DNA of 63,072 bases, filler included, from Octopus bimaculoides (taxonomy: Eukaryota), in assembly GCF_001194135.2 (NCBI RefSeq). It is 6 parts of 5 records of this genome, joined end to end, with 100 filler letters (N's around TTAATTAATTAA, not from the genome) between each part and the next. Parts side by side here need not be neighbours in the genome. Positions count along the whole stretch, not along the records: positions 26,729 to 45,200 come from NC_068984.1; positions 45,301 to 58,796 come from NC_068986.1; 4 more parts are not named here. One strand, given 5' to 3'. The position numbers were made by a program, and so were the translations under genes. Every line of letters starts with the position of its first letter. The first letter of the stretch is position 1. A model generated the notes under the pieces. That model was not told where the DNA came from. It ran no database searches and saw nothing but the letters and a program-made list of their open reading frames with translations. Positions 39,070 through 52,285 of the stretch are shown here, piece by piece.

Positions 39070-39832
39070 TCCTTGCTTAAATACTCTTGACTATTAATTC
39101 TGCCATGAAGGGAAACCATTGGGCCGGCGGATTTCCAAGATATAGCCCCCGCCCCCAGATCATCACAGNNNNNNNNNNTGAAGGGAAACCATTGGGCCGG
39201 CGGATTTCCAAGATATAGCCCCCGCCCCCAGATCATCACAGATCCTCCTCCATGTTTAACAGTTGGAAGAAAGAAGTCTAGGTCAAATGCTTCTTTTGAC
39301 TGTCTCCACGTATACTCGGCTGGTGGTCGTTAAGTAAAGGATGACTCGTCTGAGAAAATAACATTCTTCCACTGCTCTAGGGACCAATTCTGTAGGTTTT
39401 TACTCCACTCTAAACGCTTTGCAACGTTTGCTTTTGAAAGTAGTGGTTTTCTGATTGCAGCTCTCCCATGAAATCCGGCTTTGTGCAGCTCCCAGCGAAC
39501 AGTTTTGTGGAAACTGGGTTCTTGAGGTGTTCATTAAGCTCTGCAGTAATTTTGGGAGCTGTACTTTTGTGATCCTTTCTAACAATTCGCGTAAGAGTCC
39601 GATGGTCCCTATCTGAAAGTTTTGGTTTTCTTCCGGAGTTTTGTTTCGACGAGGAGGTTTTTCCTTGTTTCTCAGAAGCTGTCACTACTTTCAAGACAGT
39701 ACTTCTTGATACACCAAACATTTCCGTTGTTTTCGCTTCGCTAGCGCCTGCCATACAAGCACCAACAATTTGACCTCTTTGAAAGTCCAATAGATCTGTC
39801 ATTTTAATGAATTTTAATTACCTTTTTCTGAG
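39070..39832 (-). mobile_element. Truncated copy of the same Tc1-like family
   Basis: ORF 39410-39802 MTDLLDFQRGQIVGACMAGAS...GRKPKLSDRDHR is closely similar to the 50268 copy. No TIRs seen; the 3-prime half is missing. Confidence 0.9.
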
Positions 39833-41637
39833 CCTTCATCATTGCCCAAACTTTATCGTACGTTCCAATTATACAAGCACGAAAGGAAGAGAAGGTCTTC
39901 TCCAATATTGCGTGTCCCCAATCGCCATGGTCCTCTGTCATCTCCTTTTTGAGAAGCACATGTTCATGTACATTCTGAAATATGTCTGTGTGTACACGTG
40001 TTATTCACAAATGTATAAATGCATATAATTCAAGGCTTCATGTAACACACCCAAGCACTCGAACATATAATTATATACACACAAACACACAGCGACTCAG
40101 CTGACTGACAGATGGACAGACAAGCAAACCGACAAACAGGTACACCAGAGAAATGTGAACGAACTGCAAAAGAAACGAAGGACATAGCAGTAAAAGTAGA
40201 ACAACGTCTAGAGTGTTGCCTCTGACAGCTGTGATATGTAAACAGTAACTTTAATGGCTGCAGTAAGTCTTTACACAAACAACAAAAGACTACTTACTCA
40301 CTTGGTATTAACTCACAAAAGAAAGACATTGTTGTTTCTGAAAGAGAAGTTTCTTTCTCCTCTCCCTCCCGCTCTCTCCCTGTCTCTCTCTCTGTCTCTC
40401 TCTGTGTCTCTCTCTGTTTGTCTCTCTTTCTTTCTTCTAGGTCAATTAAGTAAGTTATTTGCAAGCAGCTAATGCTGAAAGTTTATGTTGACCTGCCGTA
40501 GGAATGAATACAGGTGCTGTAACAGAAGCATATTGGTGTAACACAAGCAAATTGTTGTAACACAAGCAGATTAGTGTAACATTAATAAGCTGCTGCATTG
40601 GCACTGTGTTACAAGTGTTACAATATACTGGTTCCAATTTATACGTGTGCAGAGGTTCTCAGACTGATAGTCATCCCATCCCCCACCAAATATTAGTGTA
40701 ATTTTTTTGCTCTACTCCTCACCTCTTTATTAATGAGGAAACAAAACAAGAATTAGCATAGTGGCTGTGTGGTAAGAAACTTGCTTCCCAACCACATGGT
40801 TTCGAGTTCAGTCCTACTGCGTCGGGCCGACCAAAGCCTTAAGAGTGGATTTTGTAGACGGAAACTGAAAGAAGCCCGTCGTATATGTGTGTATTTATTT
40901 GTGTCTGTGTTTGTCCTTCCACCATCGCTTGACAACCGATGTTGGTGTGTCACTAAAAATTGGCATCACAGTAAACTGGTGCTACTGCATACTTCTGTCA
41001 CTATGTATCAAGCGTCACTGTCTACAAGTGTTACTGTCCTCTAGTGTAACTGATGTGTGAAAAGGTGACATTTTATACAGTGCTGTAACACATTCTTGTT
41101 TAACAAATGCTAGCGTCTATTTTCACATTGAAGAAAAAATATGTTTGTTACGAATTCTGTATACATAGTTTATTACGAATTCTCTATACAGTGGTGAGGA
41201 TATTGCACTCATGATCGCAAGAGCGTGGGTTCGGCACCCGGATCAGAATGGGGCGATGCGTTGTGCTTTTGAGCGAAACTCTTCATCTCACGTTGCTCTA
41301 CAGTCACTTCAGCACTTGACGTGTAGTACACCGTGCACCTGTACAGACAATCGATTTGATAACAGGAAGTGAGCTAACGTACAGCACAAACATTTGATCA
41401 CAATAGTCAAATCATTTCTGCAGGTTGTTCAACAAGAAATTGTAGAACCGTCTTTCTCGGATTGAGGTACTACTAAGAAAGAGTTACATATTTGTTTATA
41501 ACAACGTTGTATTGGTGATGTATTTTATTCTCGCTCATGAATTGTTTACAAATCCTTTATGCTTGTCAAATTATAATTACTATCACTGCAAGAAGCTCCA
41601 CGCTTCCAAACTTCAGTAACTAGAAAGCCAGGTAGGC

Positions 41638-41684
41638 GATCCCTGACGAGCCTTTAATGAAAGCCGAAACTAGTTAGTTGGGTC
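41638..41684 (+). ncRNA. Type I hammerhead ribozyme motif
   Basis: GAUCC-CUGACGA-GCCUUU(AAUG)AAAGCC-GAA-ACU(AGUU)AGU-U-GGGUC. Intact CUGANGA and GAAA cores, three stems, GUU cleavage triplet at 41677-41679. One C:C mismatch at the second pair of stem II. Confidence 0.75.
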
Positions 41685-42969
41685 CTCATTTTTAACTGCT
41701 GAAGCGCCTATAGTTCCTCCGCAGAATTTGTTTTCAATACATATGGTTATTAAACATACTGATGTGATTTTGGTAAATATATTTATTTATAAACTCCATA
41801 AACTCGCTAGTATATTGATGTGTGAGTTGGTGTCTATGTTTATGTATGCTAGTGTAAATCGGAGAAAATTTCTTGTAGTTTTTACTCCCTTAAGGGAAGC
41901 AGCTCTTTGAAACAAAGTAAATATTTCATTAATTGTATTTGAGTTACAAGATTCTTGATGTGAACTCGTGTGCTGAAACAAATTTTGTTGTATGTTGGGA
42001 GAGTCATAAAGCCAATAGCAAATACATGCACTGGTCCACTTCTTTATTATATGTCAAATTGGTTAATTATTTAACCAAACAACTAATTGATCGCTTGTTT
42101 GATCAATTGGTTTAACAATCAATCAGGTGTTTGTCAATGTCTTTTCATCGCCGATCGTGAGTTCATCAATAATATGCTCTCTCTTCTCCAGGTCTTCAAA
42201 TCTGTTTCAAGGTAGAGATTGATTAAGTAAATACCATTCTTAGTAAATATTGAGGTCTCGAAGGTGGTCTCACTCCAATAACTGAGATTTGTAAAGGAGT
42301 ATATTGCTTCGTGGGAAGTATTCAAGAAACAAATGAAAAATAGTTTTGATAAAATTCGGTGGTGCACCAGCATGACCGCAGCCACTTGGCTGAAACACAT
42401 AAATAAATAAATAAATAAAATAGTTATGACTTTATTTATAGTAGAAACTAAAATAAAATATATAAATCATAAAATACATGGGAAATAAATAACTTTAGCA
42501 TTGTATTCATGGAAATTGTAAAAAATTAATTGTTGTGAGTGGTTTGTGGGCTTTTTATTTTTCCTGAGAAAAAAAAAACTACGCAACAGAAATTTATAGA
42601 AATACGTATTTATGAAATATGAATATTATTTTAAGTGAAAAGCGATCGAATGTGCTCAGGAAAAATAAAGCTGATTTAACAAGCAAATATGTCTGGAGAT
42701 TAGCTTCACACACACACACGCGCACACACACACACACACACNNNNNNNNNNNNNNNNNNNNNNNNNNNNNNNNNNNNNNNNNNNNNNNNNNNNNNNNNNN
42801 NNNNNNNNNNNNNNNNNNNNNNNNNNNNNNNNNNNNNNNNNNNNNNNNNNNNNNNNNNNNNNNNNNNNNNNNNNNNNNNNNNNNNNNNNNNNNNNNNNNN
42901 NNNNNNNNNNNNNNNNNNNNNNNNNNNNNNNNNNNNNNNNNNNNNNNNNNNNNNNNNNNNNNNNNNNNN

Positions 42970-43010
<41 letters not shown>

Positions 43011-43639
43011 ATATATATATATATATATATATATCTTCCGTTTGAACAACCTTGCAGTAAGCATTTTAAGTGAATGACACGTATATTTTTAACATAATCC
43101 TCGGACAGAATCAGCGTGACCACAGTATATGAAAATTCCAGCCCTGACAATTATTACAGAAACAGTCAAATATTCATACGACCGGTTTCTTCTACATAAG
43201 TTTCCGTCTACACAATTTCGGTCAAAAGATTTAGGTTAATATAGGAAGATATAGTAGGAGTTGAACCCATGTTTCCATGCAGTGGGATCGAAACTCTTGA
43301 ACAAACCCACTCGGCCATGCTTGCACACCCTCCTTCCACATACATACATACATACATACATACATACATACATACGTACGTACGTTTATATGTGTGTGTG
43401 TGTGTATTTAAACACATCATATACATAGACACACAAATATGTTAAGGGACATACTGCGCATATATAATGTATTAATTATATGACATGATGTATTCAATGT
43501 TCATATGTATATACTTGCATGTATATATATTTTCACATACACACATATATATATATATATACACCCACACATACATATACATATACATACATACACACGC
43601 ACACATGTGTGTGAATGTATTCATAAGTATACGTAACTC

Positions 43640-43678
<39 letters not shown>

Positions 43679-44785
43679 ATAAATATATGTATGTCTATAT
43701 ACTCTGTGTGTTTTTAATACACGAGCGCACGTACACACACACTGCTAACGTTTGTCTCTACAAATAAGAACACACGCACACACACACACACACACACACG
43801 TGTGTGTGTGTGTGTGCGCGCGCGTGGTGTGTGGTGCATGCGTGTGTGTATGTAACTGTATGTATATGTGCGTGTGCGTGAACAAGAACAGAAACACAAA
43901 ATGCGCGCACGCGCTCGCAGTTAGCTATCTAGATAGATGTGGCGTATATGTCATAAAGAAATTGTCCACAGATGTCGCTAAGGTATAAAATATGGTTCAA
44001 ATTAAATACGAAAATATGAATGAGATAATTGTTGTTTTTCATTATTGTTGTTAGGTTCGTTGTTGTTTATTTAATTATTGCACTAATGAAAACCAGACAA
44101 AATAATAAAAATTTAAGATGGTTTTGATAAATACATTCACAAAATCATGATATATTGTGTGGGTTTTCTCTTCTTGGTATTTAAAAAGAAATTTGCTTCT
44201 TTGTTTCTGAAGATTTCCTTCCCCACAGTTTCTTTGCCTGTAAATAACCCACCGCCACTAAGCCACCCTGCCATCTCGCACAGTTGTTTGCCATTATATT
44301 TTATGATATTCTTTCATTCTTTTAATGGTTTCATTATTGAACTGCTGCCATGCTGGGGTATCTCCATCGAGAGATGCTAATCGATCATATCTACCCAACC
44401 AACTCCCAACACATTTCAGTCTGGTAACTTATTTTATAGATCTCAATTGAATATTTTAATGGTGCGTGGCCAAGTGATTAGAGTTGTTGGGCTCACAATC
44501 ATATAATCATAAGTTCTAATTCCTGATCGGAGTGACGTGATGTGTCAGTAAGTGCTTAGTGGGTGCCAAATCCAGATTCAAAATTTTTCAGAAATAAGGA
44601 CAATTTTTTTCAGTTTCATTTAGCAAAACAAACGCAGGTATAATAATAATGATAACAATAATTGTTTTACTTCTCAGAGCGTTCGGTCTTGTTTGCTCTG
44701 GTATATTTTGAGTGCAGACAGCAGTCTGCTGTCATTATTATACTGAAAGGTCGGGCAGTCTGCTGTCATTAATATACTGAAATAT

Positions 44786-45199
44786 CGCGTCCGTCATCTA
44801 CTATCGCTTGACCGTCGTGCCGTGTCCTGGCAACCGTCTGATTACGCTAGAGCGTATACTCTTCCGCTTATAGTGGAAGAGACACGTCCCGATGGTCAGG
44901 TGGTCTATCTGCTGTCAACACCTGCTGAGTGGTGGCCTGGGCGTGCCGTTGTTGATAATGCGCAGGCATGCAATGAGGCTACGACCTCTCCAGTGTTTCC
45001 TTGGCGGTGAACAGGTGTGGTCGCTGTTCGCAGCTAGTTTCTTTAACGGAGCTGCAGTCCTGGGTACAACAGAGACCAAGGGAGAGCATTTGGAAAATGG
45101 AATGTCTTCAAACGCTCACAGCCCTCAGTCAATCGGACCCTGAGATTGGTGGATCGTCCACTTTAGCTTTTTATAAAGGATTAGTGGAGGAAAAGTGCG
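44786..45199 (+). mobile_element. Tx1/L1-clade LINE ORF2 fragment (post-RT region)
   Basis: IASVIYYRLTVVPCP..LERILFRL*WKRHVPMVRWSICCQHLLSGGLGVPLL; the FLWK..GGLG.P pattern is typical of L1/Tx1 ORF2. Confidence 0.7.
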
Positions 45200-45300
45200 A
45201 NNNNNNNNNNNNNNNNNNNNNNNNNNNNNNNNNNNNNNNNNNNNTTAATTAATTAANNNNNNNNNNNNNNNNNNNNNNNNNNNNNNNNNNNNNNNNNNNN

Positions 45301-45349
<49 letters not shown>

Positions 45350-46989
45350 CTCATTCACACTCCAGTAGGCGCTGTACTCACAACATTTACATTGTTGTAA
45401 GAGCGCTGAATAGCATACTTCTTTACTCAACTGGCCAATAGCTAAGAGATTGAGGTGCGAAGAAATCCGAGGTTTAACGTTTGAACTCCCATTAGCATAT
45501 ATAAATGACTGAACGCATAACCTAATTATTACGAAGCTTGTTTAACATAGCATATATTTCATATAAATATTCTCTTGGACAATCTCGAAGTTGTGCGTTT
45601 GTAGTTTTCATTCTCTTCTCTGAAAGGAGGAAGTACGAGCCATAATACTTTTTAGAGTTTAGTATTAAGTTACTCAACGGACAAGCTTACGGTTACGCCA
45701 GTTTTATCTCTTGTTTATTCGTGACTGGAGCCACGGTGATAAACGAAGATATTCCGGTGAGGTATACTTTCAGGAAGGTAAAATTGAGCACGTTATTTAG
45801 TTTTGTTTGGAAAGTGTGACAGATTAAAGGTGATGCAGTAATAGAGAGTGGTGCGTTGTATTGGTCCACCTGCAATAGACAGCCGTTTCTAACAGGGGAA
45901 TATATGTCTCATTAAAGGGCCATGTATTGTTGTGATTTGTGAAAATAGTGGTATTTTTAAATGTAACTTATAAATGTCTATTTAATGCTTATCCTCTTCT
46001 CTAGAAACATTTCTAGGTTTCCAATAACAGTTATTTTCTCCATAGTATATGATATATCAAATAGCTGATACTAGAAACCAAGAAATGCAAAATCATATTT
46101 ACGGATTGATTATTTCAAATGACAGAAACACAAAGAAAATCTCCGATTTACATTTTCAAATCGGAAACGATTAATAAACACAATTTCTTAGCGAAGCAGT
46201 TTCTATTTGCTCTTCATGCAACCTCGCTTCCATTGTTCTACCCCGGAAGTATTGTCGTGCATAGATTCAAATTACTGTAACATCGATAACACTGGTTATC
46301 CAGTAAATAAACAAACAGACAATGAGCAGTTGAAACAAAAGAGAAACCGAAAAAGAAATGGCATTTCCTCGAGGAATTTTCTTCCAACAAGAACCAAATG
46401 ACATTCCAAACACGAAAGAATTGTCTAGAAATAATCTGTAGCTATGACTTTCGCGTCAATTGTTACTATTTCCGATTGAGGTATTCCAACAGCGACATCC
46501 TTTGAACTATTTTTACTACTGTTAGAATTAAACATGTCAGAGAACTAACTGGCATCTATCAACGTTTCTATCTACTTCCTCTCTCCCGCACCTTCTATTG
46601 CCCCTTTTCTCTTCGCTTCCCACTTCTCTCTTAGTATATTTTACAATGGAGAGCAATATATTATAGAGCTAATACACGCACATTAAAGTTTGATGTAAGA
46701 CGCAGCTGCTGTCTAAGTAGTATTTTCAGTGTTCTAATCTTTCGAATATTAACACTAATTTACTGAAATAGAACTTATTTCATTATCAGTTTATAAATAT
46801 GTAATAAAGGTAGATTTGATCCATAACAATTCATGTTACACGAAAATAACAAGATACAGTCCTTTATATACAATACTAAATATCGTAACAATATTACATT
46901 AATTACACACTAGACCTTAATCCGTTTTGTACCATTGTACTTCAGTTATCAGTCGGTCTACATCTGCCATGTTTACCTTTGTTTTTTTA

Positions 46990-47560
46990 TCTTTTTTATC
47001 GTACCAGGACATTTTGTCACGTTTCAGATCATTTTTATATAAAATAGTTGTATCAGCTTAGACTATCCCACTGATCGTTTGCCATCATGAAACATAGCAC
47101 CCCTTTTAGTATCCTTCCATCTCCCATTCGCGATACATGACCTAGCCATTCTAACGTCCTTCTTCTCATTATTACCGTTAATGCCTACTTTCTTTCAGAG
47201 CATTTCTACATTGGTGATTCTATTCTTATATGTCAAAGTATACGCAGGTATAATGCATCCAATTATCCATCTATACCTAGAGCTTTGATATTTTTCAATG
47301 ACTCCTAAGATTTCGAAACTTCCTCCAATAGAAATTCGTCAACATCTATAACAATATCATTTAAATGATCAATCACAAACGTATAACAGATCATCAACTT
47401 CGAGTTTGTTTGGCACTGCTTTAAAATGTTCCATCTATATTCTTATTTTCGTCCACTTTGTTTTTAGACGGCATTCTTGCATTTTACAAGTGCCCTAACC
47501 GTGTTTCTATATCCTGATAGCTTCTCTGCTGTCTGCTATATAATTTTTGAAGAATTTCTT
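46990..47560 (-). mobile_element. Heavily decayed RTE-like LINE fragment
   Basis: Minus strand reads RRTLEWLGHVSRMGDGRILKRVL, resembling the RTE RLRWLGHV.RM motif; many stops around it. Confidence 0.55.
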
Positions 47561-48464
47561 ATATGAATATCGTCTACAGAATTCAAGTCACTTTTCTTTA
47601 TCTTCATGACTAAGTTTCCTTCCTTCTCTGTCCAGTACTTTAAACTTCTCTTTATTGTCAAATGTGCTATCTCTCTTGACTTTCTCTTCTCGTCATTTAT
47701 CTATACAAAAACCCATATCTCTGGCGATATCCACTGCTCCCTACATTTTCCTCATGTACATTTGTTTCTGCATTTTATAAAACGTTGCTCGTTACAGAAT
47801 CCGTCTAAAAAAAGCCCCTGAAAACCTCGGACTGGAGATGAAGACGTGATCAATGCTGCTGCAAATATACCTTACACGAACTTCTTCCTTCGAACAATTA
47901 TATTCCCATGTTCATCAATCATTATTACATTAATAACATGCATTCATTAATATTCATTAATTATTACGCAATACAACACAATACAATTGAATAATTACAT
48001 CAAAATAATTACATTAATGAAGTGAGAACCAGCAAATCCCGTACTCACAAAGAATATCCTTAAAACAATGTTGATCTCTGTTGGCAAAATAGTTTACGTT
48101 CTCTGTAATGTAATTGTGCTCTCATCATAGGATCAGGAGCTCTGACCCTTATATCAGAAACTTTCGTTTCCATAGTATGACCTCTGGTCCCTGTATAGGA
48201 AACTCTAGAACCAATGTCACTTTTTACCTCGAACAGAGACGCTTTAATATAACAGTACACCCAACGAAAATTCAAAGAGGTCGTTCCACTAGAAACTGAT
48301 TCTAGAATACAATAATACTATTACTGATGGATATGAGTGTCTTTTAACCAATCAGGGAAGGTCACTTGCTTTTTGAACAAAATGGTACAGTATGAAAACG
48401 ACTGAACATCAAACAATTTCTAGCGGTTTGTGTGTATGTGTGTGTGTATATATATACAGGGAGA

Positions 48465-48630
48465 ATTCACGCAAAAGAAAAACACAAAAGACGAAATCAG
48501 GTGGTGTAGAAAACAAATAGATGTATAAGTATAATGCTCGGGAAGTGAAAAAGTCTTTAACGTTTCGAGCCTAGGCTCTTCCACAGAAAGGAACACGAAA
48601 AGAAACAAGGAGAGAAACAAACTCGCACAC
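48465..48630 (-). repeat. Dispersed repeat with hammerhead-like fold (same family as 15660-15830)
   Basis: The minus strand at 48555-48590 reads CUUU-CUGUGGA-A-GAGC(CUAG)GCUC-GAAACGUU-AAAG. Confidence 0.6.
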
Positions 48631-50007
48631 ATTAATATAAATATAGCATTACAAATATATATTTATCAATATGTACACACACAAGTATATATATATATAT
48701 ATATATATATNNNNNNNNNNNNNNNNNNNNNNNNNNNNNNNNNNNNNNNNNNNNNNNNNNNNNNNNNNNNNNNNNNNNNNNNNNNNNNNNNNNNNNNNNN
48801 NNNNNNNNNNNNNNNNNNNNNNNNNNNNNNNNNNNNNNNNNNNNNNNNNNNNNNNNNNNNNNNNNNNNNNNNNNNNNNNNNNNNNNNNNNNNNNNNNNNN
48901 NNNNNNNNNNNNNNNNNNNNNNNNNNNNNNNNNNNNNNNNNNNNNNNNNNNNNNNNNNNNNNNNNNNNNNNNNNNNNNNNNNNNNNNNNNNNNNNNNNNN
49001 NNNNNNNNNNNNNNNNNNNNNNNNNNNNNNNNNNNNNNNNNNNNNNNNNNNNNNNNNNNNNNNNNNNNNNNNNNNNNNNNNNNNNNNNNNNNNNNNNNNN
49101 NNNNNNNNNNNNNNNNNNNNNNNNNNNNNNNNNNNNNNNNNNNNNNNNNNNNNNNNNNNNNNNNNNNNNNNNNNNNNNNNNNNNNNNNNNNNNNNNNNNN
49201 NNNNNNNNNNNNNNNNNNNNNNNNNNNNNNNNNNNNNNNNNNNNNNNNNNNNNNNNNNNNNNNNNNNNNNNNNNNNNNNNNNNNNNNNNNNNNNNNNNNN
49301 NNNNNNNNNNNNNNNNNNNNNNNNNNNNNNNNNNNNNNNNNNNNNNNNNNNNNNNNNNNNNNNNNNNNNNNNNNNNNNNNNNNNNNNNNNNNNNNNACGT
49401 ACGTATAAAAGATAAATTTATTGTAATGAAAACATACGATTTTAAGGTACTTACAGCGAAAGGTAAACAGATATAAATACATCACTTCACTCTCTTTGCG
49501 CAAAGAAAAACATATAAACGATGGCCTTTACTACGTTACGTATCTACTGAAGCATTACCAGAAGACAGGTACTTTTCAGCCTTCTACCCTAGAAGTGAAT
49601 TTATAGCAATCACTAATTACATCATATACAAATCACCAGAAGGTATATCAAATGGCCAAACTAATTTGCATGAGAAGTAGTTGATGGTGGTGTGATTATA
49701 CACCCAGGCGCACACACACATTCAAGAATTCGTATAATATATATATATGCATATACATATATTGTAACTGAATTTTTAATGTATGATTGAATGTGAGAGT
49801 CGTTACATGTTTGCGTTTCACGTTTGTGTTTCACGTTTGCTGACCGGTTGCAAGGAAAGCCTTAACTAGCTTAATAAATATAAACGAAAAACAGTACCGC
49901 CTCATCCAAAATAGCCAATGTAAAGGTAGAAAAGTAACAGCTAATAAGCAAACACCGATCGCCAACCAGATGGGCAAGTATAACATCCCAGACACGCGAA
50001 TAAACAT

Positions 50008-50051
<44 letters not shown>

Positions 50052-50078
50052 GTATATATAAAGATTATATATTATATA

Positions 50079-51311
50079 CCGGAGTTGGACAAAGTAATGG
50101 AAACACCAAGCATCATAACGTCATAATTGAGATATCTATAAAACCGTCAAAAGCTTGTTTATTTTTATGTTTCTTTTTTATTATTTTTAGTGTTGCTTAA
50201 TATGTTTTGCTAAAATTGCTGTTTCTTTTCAGATATCATCAGAAAAAGGTAATTAAAATTCATTAAAATGACAGATCTATCGGACTTTCAAAGAGATCAA
50301 ATTGTTGGTACTCGTATGGCAGGCGCTAGCATAACGAAAACAGCCGAAATATTTAGTGTATCAAGAAGTCAGTACTTCTCAAAAGTAATGACAGCTTTTG
50401 AGAAAGAGGTGAAAACCTCTTCGTCGAAGCAAGACTCCGAAAGAAAGCCAAAACTTTCAGATAGGGACCGTCATGCTCTTACGTGAATTGTTAGAAAGGA
50501 TCACAAAAGTACAGCTCCCAAAATTACTGCAGAGCTTAATGACCGCCTCGAAAACGCAGTTTCCACAAAAACTGTTCGCTGCAACCAGAAAACCACTACT
50601 TTCAAAAACAAACGTTGTAAAGCCTTTAGAGTGGAGTAAAAATCTATAGAATTAGTCCCTAGAGCAGTGGAAGAATGTTATTTTCTCGAAGAGTCATCTT
50701 TTACCTTATTTCCGACCACCGGCCGAGTATACGTGTGGAGACAGCCAAAAGAAGCATTTGACCCAGACTGCCTTCTTCCAAATGTTAAACACGGAGGAGG
50801 ATCTGTGATGATCTGGAGGGCTATATCTTGGAAATCTGCCGGTCAAATGGTTTCCCTTCATGGCAGAATTAATAGCCAAGACTATTTAAGCATTTTATCT
50901 GATCTGATCTGGTTGCGGAACTGCTTCCTGGGGAAGACGCAATCTTTCAGGATGATAATGCACCAATTCACACAGCTAAAGTTGTTACTGAATGGCACGA
51001 GGAACATTGTAGTGAAGTTGAACATCTTATCTGACCACCACAGTCCCCAGATCTCAATATTATTGAACATTTATGGTGCATTTTAGAAAAACAAGTAAGG
51101 CGTTGATATCCTCAACCATCGTCACTACAAGAGCTGGAGACTGTTTTAGTTGAAGAATGGATAAAAATTCCTTTGGAAACAATTCAAACTTTGTACGAGC
51201 GCATACCTCATAGAATTCAAGCAGTAATTACTGCCAAAGGCGGCCCTACCCCATATTAAAATAAATTTGTTTGAAATTTTAAGGTGTTTCCATTATTTTG
51301 TCCAACCTCTG
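50079..51311 (+). mobile_element. Full-length decayed Tc1-like (DD34E) transposon
   Basis: TIRs ..GTTGGACAAAGTAATGGAAACACC and GGTGTTTCCATTATTTTGTCCAACCTCTG; about 1.23 kb. Frameshifted transposase MTDLSDFQRDQIVG (50268), HGGGSVMIW, FQDDNAPIH, PQSPDLNIIEHLW. Confidence 0.92.
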
Positions 51312-51729
51312 CATATACACATATACATATCATACACAAACATATATATATATATATGAAGATTATATATTATATATACACATTTATATAGATATATATA
51401 GATATATTATACACGTACACACACTCATACACACACTTACGTTACGGCCTCATATTGTGATGAACCACATATACTAATATTATTATGGATTTTCGAGTCC
51501 CCAGAAACAGCTGTCGGACATACAACACCTTTCTTCCACCCCTTTAATTTTCTCTGTTGGTTGTACTCTGTGTAATTTGGACCTATTAATATAAATATCT
51601 ATATATTTATACTTACAAATTCATCATCTGACAGTCTCCACCTTTTGCTTTCTCTGGTTTTGCGTGTAAATATATATACATATTTTGTATTTCATACCCA
51701 AATTATTATATTCAAAATATAGATAGATG

Positions 51730-51766
<37 letters not shown>

Positions 51767-52089
51767 CATGAAGGGTATTGGATTCAACCAAACCCAAAGA
51801 TACAGGTAATACCGAGTAAGTGCTGTATACCGGCTAGTTTTGCCCCTTTCGTTGTATACAACGAAAGGGGCAAAACTAGNNNNNNNNNNATATATATATA
51901 TATATATATATATACCGATTTGTAACAATTCTCGCTCGAAGCTCGCAGAAGTGTGAAATTCAAACCGCGAATTATCAGTTCCGTTTTCATAAACGATGTA
52001 TATGAATACATACATATATATACATGTATGTACAAGCGCGCATGCACACACACACACAAATCTCGTGCGCGCGCATACATACATTTATT

Positions 52090-52285
52090 TAGCCAAATGT
52101 AATGCTTATTTATTCACTTTGTTTTAAACTAACCATGCATTATCTCCTAACTTTCAGATTTAAATAATGTGATTGTTTATTTCTAGAATGGTTTTGTGAG
52201 ATAGAGGTGTAGGGCTGGATCTGACTAGTCTAAACATGTAGAGTCTTTAGGTCTGATATGGCTGGTTTAAATGATAAAGGGTTAA
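52090..52285. mobile_element. Partial non-autonomous DNA transposon ending in AAAGGG-TTAA (piggyBac-type end)
   Basis: Right end TTTAAATGATAAAGGG followed by TTAA at 52282-52285. The matching left TIR is not visible. Confidence 0.4.
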
